Shown here: in pieces, positions 51,235-64,000 of the stretch
Layout of the letters: each line of letters starts with the position of its first letter
Position numbering within the stretch: the stretch's first letter is position 1
Assembly: GCF_964194155.1 (NCBI RefSeq)
Contig: NC_135895.1
Coordinates: forward strand, 82,708,001-82,772,000
Source: Cetorhinus maximus
Taxonomy: Eukaryota
Direction: 5' to 3'
Length of the DNA: 64,000 bases
Translations under genes and position numbers: made by a program
The notes under the pieces: model-generated
What the model was told of the DNA's origin: nothing
Databases searched by the model: none
The model's input: only the letters and a program-made list of their open reading frames with translations

Positions 51235-52412
51235 AGAATGCATTTGAAAGTGCCACATCAAAGGTTACTGCAGAAAGTAAAAGCTCATGGTGTAGGGGGT
51301 AACATATTGGCATGGATAGAAGATTGGCTAGCTAACAGGAAGCAGAGTGTTGGCATAAATGGGTCTTTTTCTGATTGGCAGGATGTGATGAGTGGTGTGC
51401 CACAGGGATTAGTGCTGAAGTTTCAACCTATTACAATTTATACAAATGACTTCATTGAAGGGACCGAAGGAATGTTTGCTGAATTTGCTAACGACACAAA
51501 GATAGGTAGGAAAGTAAATTGTGAAGAGGACGTAAGGAGGCTACAAAGTGACATAGATAGGTTAAGTGATTGGGCAAAGATCTGGCAAATGGAATATAGT
51601 GTGGGCAAATGTGAAATTGTTCAATTTGGCAGGAAGAATAAAAAGCTTATTATCTAAATGGTAAGAGATTGCAGAACTCTGAGATTCAGAGGGATCTGGG
51701 TGTCCTAGTGCATGAATCACAAAAGGTTAGTATGCAGGTACAGCAGGTAATTAGGAAAGCTAATAGAATGTTATCATTTATTGTGAGGGGAATTGATTAC
51801 AAAAGTAGGGAGGTCATGCTTCAGTAGTACAGGGCACTGGTGAGACCACATCTGGAGTATTGTGTACAGTACTGGTCTCCTTATTTAAAGAAAGATGTAA
51901 ATGCGTTAGAAGCCGTTCAGATAAGGTTTACTGGGCTAATACCAGGAATGGGTGGGTTGTCTTATGAGGAAAACCTGGACAGGTTAGGTTTGTGTCTTCT
52001 GTAATGTAGAAGGGTGAGAGGTGACTTAATTGAAACCTTTAAGATCCTGAGGGGTCTTGACAGGGCAGATGTGGATAGGATGTTTCCTCTTGTGGGAGAA
52101 TCTAGAACTAGGGGTCACTATTTAAAAATAAGGGGTCGCTCATTTAAGACAGAGATGAGGAGAATTTTTTCTCTCAGAGGGTAGTGAGCCTTTGGAACTC
52201 TCTTCCTCAAAAGGCGGTGGAAGCAGAGTCTTTTATTATTTTTAAGGCAGAGGTAGATAGATTCTTGATTAACAAGGGGGTGAAAGGTTATTGGGGTAGG
52301 CAGGAATGTGGGGTTGAGGTTACATTCAGATCAGCCATGATCTTATTGAATGGTGGAGCAGGCTCGAGGGGCTGAGTGGCCTCCTCCTTCCCCTAATTTG
52401 TATGTACGTATG
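51235..52412 (+). mobile_element. CR1-type LINE RT and 3' end
   Basis: KVPHQRLL, SGVPQG, FANDTKIG, LWNSLP motifs; tail. Confidence 0.92.
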
Positions 52413-52464
52413 TAAAATGGAAAAATGCAATTAATAAATAAGAAATCCCAATAGCAAAAATGTG

Positions 52465-52760
52465 ACACCCCCCACACCAGCAACCCCACCCCGACCTCCC
52501 CCCTCACCCCTCCAACACCCCCCCCGATCTTCCCCCTCACCCCTCCCACATCCCCCCGACCTTCCCCCTCACCTCTCCAACACACCTGACCTCCCCCTCA
52601 CACCTCCAGCACTTCCGACCTCACCCCTCAACACCCTCGATCCCACCCCTCCAATGCCCCCTGACCTCCCACATCCCCTCCAACACTCCCCAACAACCCC
52701 CCACCCCTCCAACATCCCCCTCTCGCCCACCCCCCGCTGTAACCCCCCAGCCCCCAGCAT
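52465..52760. repeat. C-rich degenerate minisatellite (about 30-bp unit ccccgacctcccccctcacccctccaacac)
   Basis: Roughly 8 diverged tandem copies, probably inside a MITE-like remnant (about 52430-53120). Confidence 0.75.
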
Positions 52761-54214
52761 CCACTTGGCTCTAAAACAAAGATTTTACTTACTATTTTTC
52801 AACCAAGAACACTCTCAGTTGCTGTGCTGCTGCTGTTGACCCTCAAACAGGTTGGTGGTTTTTTGGCTGGTTGAAAACAAAATCAGGGCCTCTAAGCTCC
52901 TCAAAGGTCAGAAGCAGCAGCCGCAGCAACTCATCGAAATTGACACGGAAAGACCGGCTTTTAAAAAAAATCAGAGTTCAGCCTGAAGGTTCAATTTTTT
53001 AAAAAAAAAGTTGGCCTTTCAGGTCTGCAGCTCTGCCTGGGCTCCCAGGCTACCCAGAAACTCCGTTTAGGACACGGAGCCAGGGCACCCCCCCAGCTCC
53101 CGGACCCTGGTATTTGGCACCATCTGCACCCGCTTCTCCTGGGTCCTGTGGATAACTACAGTCTTACCATAATGCCATATTACCGTACCAGGAACTTTCC
53201 ATTCCTTATGACCCTCTCTTTTGCAATACACCATGTCTCCAGAATTAAAGTTCACCTCGGACTTTTATACGATGCCTTAGAGCTCTCTGAATTTTCTTTG
53301 CGGCCTCAGCCTCGATGAAAGCTCTTCTCCCTGCATGTAAAGCAATCAAATATGCAGAAACAAAAGAACTAATCATAGTCACCTCTATGGCAGGGATACT
53401 ATCGCCCAGCACAGAAAGTAGTTCAGGTTTCCTCCAATGGACAATTGATAGGGACAATACCACCCAACCATCTGTAGTGAATTCTTTGCATGAACCATCC
53501 ATGCCAGTGCAGTTGTTAACTTGCGGTTTGGTTGATCTGCTGAGATTTTATGCACCATTTCATTTAACTCCGCATGATTCATTCCACAGGGTCTACTGCT
53601 GAAAGAACCTTCAATTGCAATAGTCATGACCACAACGTTCACGTTTTCACAGGTTTCTAAACTCGCCATGAGCGAATTTTCCTCAATTATCAGTTAGAAA
53701 CTTAGGCGGTGCCCCAAGTCCGATCCCTATCCATTTCTCCATGACTTTATCTACAATCATCCTTTTGTCCTTGCCACGTATTACTGGAGAAAGATTAAAT
53801 CTGGTTGCCATGTCTATAAAATGTAAAATGAAAATATTTCTGCCTTGGTCCCATACCTTTGGATCCATGACAGCTACCTCATTGTATTCACATGCCAATG
53901 GAAGGCTTGCAATAGAATTTAGCAGTGTCCTCTAATAATTTTTCTGTATTTCACATTTTATCTTGCTCCATGTCCAGTTTCATTTGTGCCTTTTTAATGG
54001 AAGGCTTACGTAACTGTAAAGGTAACTCACTGGAGACTACATCTGTACTACTAAAGAGGTTTGTTCCAGCTATTTTGCATGGAATCACCACTCTTTTTAG
54101 GTGACCTCAATGTGTTATAATCCCGAACCTAAACTTCCATACTCTCTGACCTTACATCAATCCTCACTACTGAGTGAATCTACATAACTTTTTAGCCAAT
54201 CTGTTCCACACATT

Positions 54215-56565
54215 CCGACAAGGGTGATGCTGTTGTTGCCTGTCGTACTGACCTCTACCTCGCAGAGGCTGAGCGCCAATTCTCAGACATTTCTTCCTAC
54301 CTTCCCTGGACCATGACCCCACCACCAAACATCAAGCCATTGTTTCCAGGACTGTCACTGGCCTCATCTCCTCTGGAGATCTTCCCCCCACAGCTTCCAA
54401 CCTCAGTTTCCCAACCCCGGACAGCCCGCTTTTACCTCCTTCCCAAAATCCACAAACAGGACTGTCCCGGTAGGCACATCGTGGCAGCCCGTTCCTGCCC
54501 CACGGAACTCATTTCTTCTTATCTTGACTCCATTCTCTCTCCCCTTGTCCAGTCTCTTCCCACCTACATCTGAGATTCCTCTGATGCCCTACGTCATATC
54601 AACAATTTCCAGTTCCCTGGCCCTAGCCACCTCCTCTCTCATCATTGATGTCAAATCCTACTACACTTCCATCCCCCACCAGGATGGTCTGAGGGCCCTC
54701 CACTTCTTCCTTGAACAGAGGCCCGAACAATCCCCATCCACCACCACTCTCCTCCACCTGGCTGAAATTGCTCTCTCACTGAACAATTTCTCCTTAAACT
54801 CGTCTCACTTCCTCCCAATTAAATGGTGTGACTATGGGTACCTGCATGGGTCCCGGTTATGCCAGTCTCATTATGTGGTATGTGGAACATTCCTTGTTCC
54901 AGTCCTACTTAGGCCACCTCTCACAGCTCTTTTGTCGGTACATCAACGACTGTTTTGGTGCTGCTTCATGCTCTTGTCTGGACCTGGAAAAATTTATCAA
55001 TTTTGTTTCCAATTTCAACCCCTCTATCACACTGACATGGTCCATCTCTGACATTTCCCTTCCCTTCCTTGACCTCTCTGTCTCCATTTCTGGTGAGCAA
55101 CTGTCCACCAATAGTCATAACAAGCCCACCAACTCCCACAGCTACCTCAACTGCAGCTCCTCACACCCTGCTTCCTGTAAGGACTCCATCCCATTCTCTC
55201 AGTTCCTTTGCCTCTGTCACATCTGTTCTAATGATGCCACTTTCCAAAACGGTGCTTCTGACACATCTTCCTTCTTCCTTAACCAAGATCTCCCACCCAC
55301 TGTGGTTGACAGGGCCCTCAACCGTGTCCGACCCATGTCCCCCGCCTCTGCCCTCACACCTTCCTCTCCCTCCCAGAACCATGATAGGGTGCCCCTTGTC
55401 CTCACTTTTTACCCCACCAGCCTCCGCATTCAAAGGATCATCCTCCGCCATTTCCGCCAACTCCAGCATGATGCCACCATCAAACACATCTTCCACTCAC
55501 CAACCTCCCCTCAGGATTCCATCAGGACTGTTCCCTCAGGGACACCCTGGTCCACTCCTCCATCACTCCTTACACCTCATCCCCTTCCCATGGCACCTTC
55601 CCATACAATCGCAGAAGGTGCAATACCTGCCCCTTTACCTCCTCCCCATCCAAGGGCCCCAAACACTCATTTCAGGTGAAGCAGTGCTTCATATGCACCT
55701 CCATCAATTTGGTCTACTGCAGTCGCTGCTCCCAATGCGGTCTCCCCTACATTGGGGAGACCAAACGCAGACTGGGTGACCACCTTGCGGAACACCTTTG
55801 TCTGTCCGCAAGCATGACTCAGATCTTCCTTCACTTGCCATTTCAACACACCACCCTGCTCTCATGCCCACACGTCCGTCCTTGGCCTGCTGCAATGTTC
55901 CAGTGAAGCCCAACACAAACTGGAGGAACAGCACCTGATCTTCCAATTAGGCACTTCACAGCTTTCCGGACTTAACATTCAGACCATGAACTATCTCCTC
56001 TATCTTCACCCCTTTTTTAATCCCCATTTTGAACATTTATTTTTTATCCACTTATTTTCATTTTTATTCATTTATTCATTGTTTTATCCCCTTTTTTAAA
56101 ATCACTTTTTCCAACTTTATTCCCCAGCCACTGCCCCCTCCCCCTACCCAACCCCCAAAAGGGCCATCGATTACTTGTTCCATGTTGTTCTTTCAAAGAG
56201 TGCTTACCTTTGTTCTGCTATTAACACATTCTGCTTTCTTACCTTTATGCCACTATCAGCATCTCTTTTAGCCCTTAGCACTAGCATTTACACTCCCTTT
56301 GCCTTTATGTCTATGATATCTTTGTCAATCTCTCCTTAGCCCCCACCTATTGCTGGCTTTCTATCCAGCTTCATCTGTTTCACCCCACCTTAAACAGTCT
56401 AAATTTCACCAGATTTCTACTTCTCTTTAGCTCTGAAGAAGAGTCATACAGGCTCAAAATGTTAACTCTGTTTCTCTCTCCACAGATGCTGTCAGACCTG
56501 CTGAATTTTTCCAACATTTTCTGTTTTTATTTCAGATTTCCAGCATCCACAGTATTTCGCTTTTA
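54215..56565 (+). mobile_element. Penelope-like element (RT, GIY-YIG, pLTR with hammerhead), 5'-truncated, 13-bp TSD
   Basis: FYLLPKIHK, DVKSYYTSIP, MGTCMGP, RYINDCF, LPFLDL RT motifs; LVYC..C..C..YIGETKRRLGD endonuclease; TGTTCCACACATT at 54202-54214 and 56566-56578. Confidence 0.93.
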
Positions 56566-57630
56566 TGTTCCACACATTGTCGAAATACAACAACTTAACA
56601 CATCTCAGTTAAATGAATCCATGACTAATATATTCATCACTGGGCTAAAGCTTCTTGTGACTAGTACAATTCTTTCAGACTGATCATTATCATCAGCTGC
56701 AGCCTCTGAACACTGTGTCATGCGTCACTTCGAGAGCCCTGCTGTTTTACCTTTGGGCAGCTCATTGCATAATGATATTCTGACTTACACCTGAAGCACC
56801 TATTAACTGTGCCCCGGGCATTCCTAGGGTTCATTCGCCTACTATTGCTGCACCAATTCTAATGTCTGCTGTAGTATCTAGATCTGCTAAAAATGCTTTC
56901 ATTCTCATTCCTTCTGTCTGTAACTCTTCCATTGTACTGGCACCTGTGTCCAGATGATCTCGAAATGCTGTAATCATTGAGTCCTCCATCATCTGTGACA
57001 CCGCAGAATATCCCATTTGAGGCATTGCCTTGATGCTGGAAATTACTGTTTCCCTGGGAAGTTTTTCAAGGTAGCAGACGCTTGCTCCAAAAGAGCCTTC
57101 TCTTTCTGAGAACCGAACCCCAGTTAAGACCAGGAACCTGTCTATATGTGACACCTTAGCACAATCCAGCAATTTAAATGTGAGCCCTGTACAAGGAATC
57201 TCCAAATGGAATTTCTTCAATCTTTTATATAGTTGTTAAAGTCCATGATATATTCCTCCACGGAATGACTGTCCATCTTTCGAAATCTATCAAAGTCTGA
57301 CAATGTCTCTTCAACGTCCAATAAATCATCTTTCTGGTAAACTTCATCCATGAAACCTAATAGAGGAGCCAAACCTTCCTCAGTATCCAAGTGTCAGGCA
57401 TCCAGCTCACAAAATGTTTTGCTTCTGATTTTACTTTTGTTAGGAAGCAACAATGACAAGGCCATACTGTGTTTCCTCTTTGGTAGGGATGTAACCCATG
57501 TTCACATACCCACTTCATTCTTCCACTGTTCATAAGGTTCAGACTGAGAACATTGGCAGGTAATCATATCCTTATAATTTACACATGCTTTTAGCAATTC
57601 TTCATAAAAGCTACTCAGATTGTAATCTTA

Positions 57631-57990
57631 AGGGGAGACAGTGGCATAGTGATAATATCGCTGGACTAATAATTCAGAGACCTGGGCTAATGGTCTGGGA
57701 CATGGGTTCAAATCCCACCACTGGGAAATCTGAAAATCTGGAATATAAAGCTAGTCTCATAATGGCTACCATGAAACTATCATCAATTGTTGTAAAGAAC
57801 CACCTGGTTCAATAATATCGTTTAGGGAAGGAAATCTGCAATCCTTACCTGGTCTGGCCTACATGTGACTCCAGACCCACAGCAATATGGTTGACTCTTA
57901 ACTGCCCTCTGAAGTGACCAAGCAATTGGGGATGGGCAACAAATGCTGGCCTTGCCAGCGACACCCACATCCCATGAAAGAATAAAGAAA
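57631..57990 (+). mobile_element. tRNA-derived SINE inserted in the Copia leader
   Basis: Full family sequence; tcttaa occurs on both sides. Confidence 0.85.
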
Positions 57991-58031
57991 GTCTTAAAAA
58001 AAAATTCAGTTTCCCAACTCTGCCTTCAGGC

Positions 58032-58049
58032 AACCATTCTCTGCTACCA
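58032..58049 (-). promoter_or_regulatory. Primer-binding site for initiator tRNA-Met
   Basis: 17/18 match to the complement of the vertebrate tRNA-iMet 3' end (TGGTAGCAGAGGATGGTT), abutting the LTR. Confidence 0.85.
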
Positions 58050-58429
58050 TGTTAAGCTTCTGGCAGCCAGTTGATGAAGGGGGAGACCAGAGGTCAGGTT
58101 TTAGATTTATTCACGAAGTGAAACATTACAAATGTATAGCTCCTAGCTCTATAACCCATGACCAGTGTCTCTAATTGTGTGCTTAAGTAAGTGCCCCCTA
58201 CCTGTATATACTTAACCTTAATTTATACAATTAACAAAGAACATGGCTGATCTACGATCTAAATTCCATTTTCCCACTCTATCCCCATATCCCTTAATTC
58301 TCTTTGTACTCAAAAATCTATTGACCTTTGTCTCGAATATACTCAACCACTGAGTATCCACAGCTCTCGGGGGTAGTGAATTTCAAAGATTCACATGTCT
58401 TGGAGTGAAAGGAATTTCTTCTTATCTCA

Positions 58430-59238
58430 GTCTGGAAGGCTGTAAAGTGCCGAATTGGAAGATGGGCTTCACTGGAACATTGCAGCAAGCCAAGGACTGC
58501 ATGAGAGCAGGATGATGTGTTGAAATGGCAAGCAACAGGAGGGTCTGGGCCATGCTTGCAGACAGACTGGAGGTATTCCGCAAAGCGGTCACCCAGTCTG
58601 CATTTCATCTACTCAATGTAGAGACCGCATTGGGAGCAGTGAATATAGTAGACCAAATTGAAGGAGGTGCAAGTGAAGCGCTGCTTAACCTGAAAGGAGT
58701 GTTTAGACAGGAGAGGAGGGACAGGGGCAGGTGTTGCACTTTCTGTGATTGCAGAGATGGTGCCGTGGGAAGGGGATGAGGAATTAGAGTTTACCTGAAA
58801 GGAGTGTTTGGGGTCTTGGACAGTGAGGAGGGAGGAGGTAAAGAGGCAGGGTCATCTGTCACTTGTTTTTATGTTTTGCTTTCACAGAGTGCTGACCCTC
58901 ATTCTGCTATTAACACCTTTTGCTTTCTTACCTTTATGCCACTATCAGGAACTTCCTTACACTTTACCACTACCATTAATACTCCCTTTGTTTTGTGTCC
59001 ATGATATCTTTGTCAATCTCTCCTTAACTGTCACTTATCCCTGACCTTCTATCTCATTTCACCTGCTCCACCCCCTCTTAAACAGTATGAAATTCATCAT
59101 ATTTCTATTTCTCTTTAGCTCTGAACGAAACATGAACTCTGTTTCTCCTGCCACAGATGCTGCCAGACCTGCTGAGTATTTCCAGCATTTTCTATTTCTA
59201 TTTCAGATTTCCAGCATCCACAGTATTTTGCTTTTATC
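58430..59238. mobile_element. Penelope element with an inverted endonuclease segment (-) joined to a plus-strand tail; flanked by minus-strand CR1 fragments (about 58240-58430 and 59240-59545)
   Basis: KCRLGDRFAEYL on the minus strand; tail matches 56160-56565. Confidence 0.75.
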
Positions 59239-59579
59239 TTTCTGAAAGTAAAATTTCCAAGTCTCTCACCATTCAAAAAATATTCTGCTTTACTTATATT
59301 TTCAACCGAAGCGGATAATTTTACACTTTGCCACAATGAACTCCATCTGCCATGATCTTGCCCATTCACCCAATCTGACGGCCACTCAATAACACTCAAT
59401 CGTAGCCTTTGCATCTGCCTCACTGATTACTTTCCCACCTATCTTTGTAATGGCAGCAAACTTGAATATGTTACACTCAGCCCCCTCATCTAAGTAATTA
59501 ATACAGATTGCAAATGGCTGTGGACGAAGCACTGATCCTTGCAATAGCCCTCAGATACTGAACTCCTCAGATACTGAAA

Positions 59580-60422
59580 CAGTCCATGTCCAAATGCAGC
59601 AAGACCTGGACAATATCCAGTCTTGGGCTGACAAGTGGCAAGTAACATTCGCACCACACAATTGTCAGGCAATGACCATCTCCAACAAGAGAGAATCCAA
59701 CCATTGCCCCTTCATGTTCAATGGCATTACCATCACTGAATCTCCCACTACCAACATCCTGGGGGTTACCATTGACCAGAAACTGAACTGGACTAGCCAT
59801 ATAAATACTGTGGCTACAAGAGCAGGTCAGAGGCTTGGAATCATGTGATGACTAACTCAACCCCTAATTCCCCAAAGCCTGTCCACCATCTACCAGTCAC
59901 AAGTCAGCAATGAGATGAAATACTCCGCACTTGCCTGGATGAGTGCAACTCCCACAACACTCAAGAAGCTGGACACTGTCCAGGACAAAGCAGCCCGCTT
60001 GATTGGCACCACATCCACAAACATTCGCTCCCTCCACCACCAATGCACAGTAGCAGCAGTGCATACCATCTACAAGATGCACTGCAGGAATCCACCAAGG
60101 CTCCTTAGACAGCACCTTCCAAACTCACGACCACTATCATCTGGAAGGACAAAGGCAGCAGATAGATCGGAACACCATCACCTGGGGGCTCCCCTGCAAG
60201 TAACTCACCATCCTGACTTGGAAATACATCGCTGTTCCTTCACTGTCACTGGGTCAAAATCCTGGAACTCCCTTCCTAACAGCACTGCGGGTGTACCTAC
60301 ACCACATGGACTGTAGCGGTTCAAGAAGACAGCTCACCACCACCTTCTCAAGAGCAACTTGGGATGGGCAATAAATTCTGGCCCAGCCAGCGATGCCCAC
60401 ATCCCGTGAATGAATAAAAAAA
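59580..60422 (+). mobile_element. LINE 3' end, same family as 48610-49970
   Basis: WADKWQVTF, ILGVTIDQKLNW, YSALAWMSA, SKSWNSLP; tail catcccgtgaatgaataaaaa. Confidence 0.9.
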
Positions 60423-61774
60423 ACTAGCAGTAGCTGCAAGCCCAAAAATGTCCTGTTTATTCCTCTGTTTTCTATCCTGTGACCGATCCTTAATCCAGAC
60501 GAATGCATAACTCTCATAAAGGAGTGATTATTAAATTTAAACTCATTGAACTGAAGGCAAATGATTGATCTAGTTAGGAAATTGGCTGAGTGACAATAAA
60601 AAGACACTAGGAATAATGAACAGGTACTCTAATAGGCAGGATGTGACTTGTGGTGTCCCACAAGGACCTGTATTGGGTTTTCATCTGTTCACTATATTTA
60701 TTAATGGTTGCATGTCCATGGGGTGTGTGGGGGTGTAAAGACAATCACAGAAAAATTGCTTTTCCTCGCAAGTAATTTTCTCAATAATCAAAAGCCCAGG
60801 GCTTTTCTTCAAGGTGAAGGAAAACTGGAAACAAAGCTCGATGGGCCAACTGGTCTCCTTCCGAACCTTATTAAACTATGATTTTAAAAGGCAAGAAATC
60901 TCTTTAAACTATGTCTATTTCTCATTGGATGGTGTGACTTTTTCCTTGCCCCCATTATTTTTTCATCAAAACAAAAACAAAGCTTTAAAAAAAAAGTGCT
61001 CTTCCACCCTGTCCGGTAAAATCCCTTGGATGTAACCGTACTGCAGCGGTGACCTTGTCTTTGCAGACTGCTTTTAAGAAGCTTCCAAGCATTATTTTGA
61101 ATGGTCTCTAATCTCCAAACAGCCTTCTCTGCTGAATCCAAAGGAAATACAACTTGCACTTATACAGCGCCTTTCAGGACCATAGGTCTCCCAAAGTACT
61201 TTACAGCCAATGAAGGAAACACAGAGGCCAATTTGCACACAGCAAGCTTCCACAAACAGCAATGTGACCACGACCAGAAAATCTGATTTTGTGATTTCGA
61301 TTGAAAGATAAATATTCATCAGGGAACCAGGATCATAGATTTACAGTCTCACTCGAAAGATTGCACCCCTCAGTAAAACAGTCTATGAACATTTACAATA
61401 ACATGCGACTTATATTCTGCTATTGAGAAATCCAGCCAATAATTATGTCAACTCTTTAATTCTGACAAATTCTAGCCTTTCACTGCTACGTGTTTGCAAA
61501 GCTTATATCATCCAGAGAAATATTCTGCCGGGAATTACCATGTACGATTAGAGCACTCTTCTTGGTAAACAATTTGAAGCAATGAAGTGCAAAACATTTC
61601 CTGCCTGGGCTTTAACATAGCTCATTTCCTCCCCTCCTGCCAACCTCTTGCTGCAAATCCCCATGTCAGAGGGTGAGCAGGAGAAACCAATCAGATGCTG
61701 GGCCAGTGTTTGCCTTGCTGGAACCCCAAGCCAAGGCTCATTTGGCCTACATTCCATGAGACAATAATACCAAC

Positions 61775-63140
61775 TGACCTACTGCTGGGATTAATGCTCA
61801 GGAGACTCAAGTTCAAATTCCACCATGATAACTGGGTCATTTAAAAAGAAAAAAATCCAATAAAGCCTGGAGTAAAATGCTAGTCTCAGTAATGGTGACC
61901 ATGAAATTACCAGATTGTCAAAAAAACCCATCTTTTTCTTTCAGGGGAGGAAATCTTCAGTCCTTACACAGTCTGGCCTACATGCAACTCCAGACCTACA
62001 GCAATGTGCTTGACTCTTAAATGGCCTCTTGTTATGATCCCCATGGAGACGTATAATATCAAAGAACCAAACTGCCCAAACTGCCCCAACAAAAGAAACC
62101 GATGGTCAGAATTTCACTTTTAAAAACTTTTACTGTAACAATCAAACCACAATCAACATAAATTAAAGATTAATTAACAGGCAATTTGTATGCAATAGAA
62201 ATCATACATTACACTCCAAGTAACTGATACAACAAAGATAGATCTCACATATTTCTTTAGAGTACGATCAACATATATAGCATTAGTCTCAGCCACAAAA
62301 TCCCTCAAAACTTCTTTCTCAGGTTGAGGCTCAGTTCCTTCAACCACACGCGGTTTGATCATCAAGTAACCACTGACGACAGCTTTGCCTCACCAGAGTT
62401 CCGCAGATATGATCATCACCAAAAAGACGCATTTGTGCAGAACCTCCTTCACTAGGTTCATGATAGTCCCAATGGCATAGCTTCCCCAGAGTCACCTTCA
62501 TCTGGCCACTCAATAATAGCCCAGTATACAGTATGGTCAGCTCTGGTTAAAAAAAAACCCAGCCCCTCAGCATGCCTGTACTGCTCATGCAGCTCTTCAC
62601 AGCCACTAAACTGTTCTAGCCCCTGCTGAAAACTGATCCCACAGGGCCTTTTGTTTGTTTTATCCCAAACAGCTACCATGTCCCTAGCAACCTAATGTCA
62701 CAGTCTAGTTCATGGCTCTGTCCTTCATTTGGTTCCTGTTTCCCTAGCTACCCGAGGTCAGAAATCTGAAGTCACAGGTATTACCAAAAACAGAAGTTTT
62801 GGTTTCTATTTCAGTTAGGGGTTGTGTCAAAACATACAAGCTTTGAAATCATTTCATATTACTGTGAAACGGCCTAACAAACCACTCAGTTGTATCGACC
62901 GGTACATAAAAGATGAAGAACAATAAAACGGACAAACCACCTGGCATAGACTTAGGCACTGGATATGCACTGCCATTGGGTCAAAATCCTGGAACTCCCC
63001 TGCTAAAGGCACTGGGGATGTGCCTATGCCATATGGCCTGCAGCGGTTCAAGAAGGTACCTCATCACTATCTTCTCAAGGGAATTTAGGGATGGATAATA
63101 TATGTGGGCAGCAACACACACATTCCATCAATAAAAAATG
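61775..63140 (+). mobile_element. tRNA-derived SINE (long-tail variant) split by a probable solo LTR at 62030-62861
   Basis: SINE sequence breaks at ...ggcctct and resumes at gaaacggcc. The insert begins TGTTATGA and ends tcatatta, with a degenerate TSD ctct/ctgt. Confidence 0.65.
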
Positions 63141-63564
63141 AAAAAAGCTTAATCTAGGGTCAAATCTCAAATGCACAACCGTAAAAAGGCACATCTATAC
63201 CAGGTAACATCAAAACAATTGACAAGCTGATCAGACATCAGGCAATGCCTTTCACTATATCAGTTCGGGACCCCATGCAGATGAGTGAATGAGCTTGCAT
63301 TTATATAATGTTTTTCACATCCTCAGAGTGTCCCCACGCAGCAAAGAAACAGTTTTGGATTGTAGTGCCCGTAATGTTTGTAATATTGGGTAACGTGGCA
63401 CTTAATTTTCACATAGCAAAATCTCAATTATAGCATTGTGATTAATGGAATGATCTCTTTTTAGTGATGTTGGTTATACATAAATGTTGGCCAGAACGTC
63501 GAGGAAAACTACCCTCCTCACCTTTGAAATAGTGTCCTGGAATCTTTCTTATTCACCTGAATGT

Positions 63565-64000
63565 CTTGATAAAGTGCCACATCAGAAAATAAAAGCTCAT
63601 GGTGTAGGGGGTAACATATTGGCATGGATAGAAGATTCACTAGCTAACAGGAGGCAGAGAGTTGGCATAAATGGGTCTTTTTCTGGTTGGCAGGATGTGA
63701 TGAGTGGTGTGCCACAGGGATCAGTCCTGGGGCTTCAATTTTTTAAAACTTATATAAATGACTTGGATGAAGGGACCGAAAGAATGGTGGCTAAATTTGC
63801 TAACGACACAAAGATCGGTAGGAAAGTAAATTGTGATTAGGATGTAAGGAGGCTACTAAGTGACATAGATAAGTTAAGTGAGTGGGCAAAGATCTGGCAA
63901 ATGGAGTATAATGTGGGCAAATGTGAAATTGTTCAATTTAGCAGGAAGAATAATAAAGAAGCTTATTATCTTAATGGTGAGAGATTATGGAGCTGTGAGA
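63565..64000 (+). mobile_element. CR1-type LINE RT fragment running off the window; same subfamily as 51235-52412
   Basis: [25 protein letters not shown]. Confidence 0.9.

Larger units (their letters stand above)
53130..58236 (-). mobile_element. Copia-superfamily (GalEa-like) LTR retrotransposon remnant: 5' LTR, PBS, gag, protease, integrase; RT and 3' LTR missing
   Basis: 187-bp LTR at 58050-58236 (TGTTAA...TTAACA); PBS TGGTAGCAGAGAATGGTT; zinc knuckle CFRCKSEYHYAMSC; protease followed directly by integrase (VAVMDPK..LHFIDMATRF..WIGIGLGAPPKFLTDN). Confidence 0.85.

Noticed and set aside
52462-52839. 125-aa proline-rich ORF
   Set aside because: Translation of the C-rich minisatellite; no splice or homology support.
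54828-55779. Long overlapping ORFs as a domesticated RT gene
   Set aside because: Penelope RT with stops, frameshifts and a mutated catalytic motif (YIND).
60884-61159. Minus-strand ORF as the next upstream exon
   Set aside because: The acceptor abuts a SINE tail and there is no good donor in the required phase; the upstream exon probably lies outside the window.

Overview
A repeat-rich vertebrate genomic window, not microbial. The repeat content (CR1/HER1-type and L2 LINEs, Deu-domain and tRNA-derived SINEs, many Penelope-like elements) points to a cartilaginous fish (inferred). It holds the 3' end of one minus-strand protein-coding gene that I cannot name. A 92-nt internal exon (47103-47194) can splice in frame to either of two candidate terminal exons (19735-19898 or 11520-11749); the distal one is followed by a TE-poor putative 3' UTR. 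The rest is intron or flank filled with decayed, often nested transposons: CR1, L2, another RT-bearing LINE with its partner SINE, two Penelope families carrying minimal hammerhead ribozymes, an RT-less Gypsy element, a GalEa-type Copia element with a tRNA-iMet PBS, solo LTRs and Harbinger-like MITEs. Most notable: (i) the probable alternative last exons, (ii) an intact-core hammerhead in the sense of the host pre-mRNA between those two exons, (iii) a recurring G12A change in the other hammerheads, and (iv) several local templated duplications. Almost all ORFs in the supplied track are TE fragments or noise. I see no CRISPR array, rRNA or real tRNA gene.
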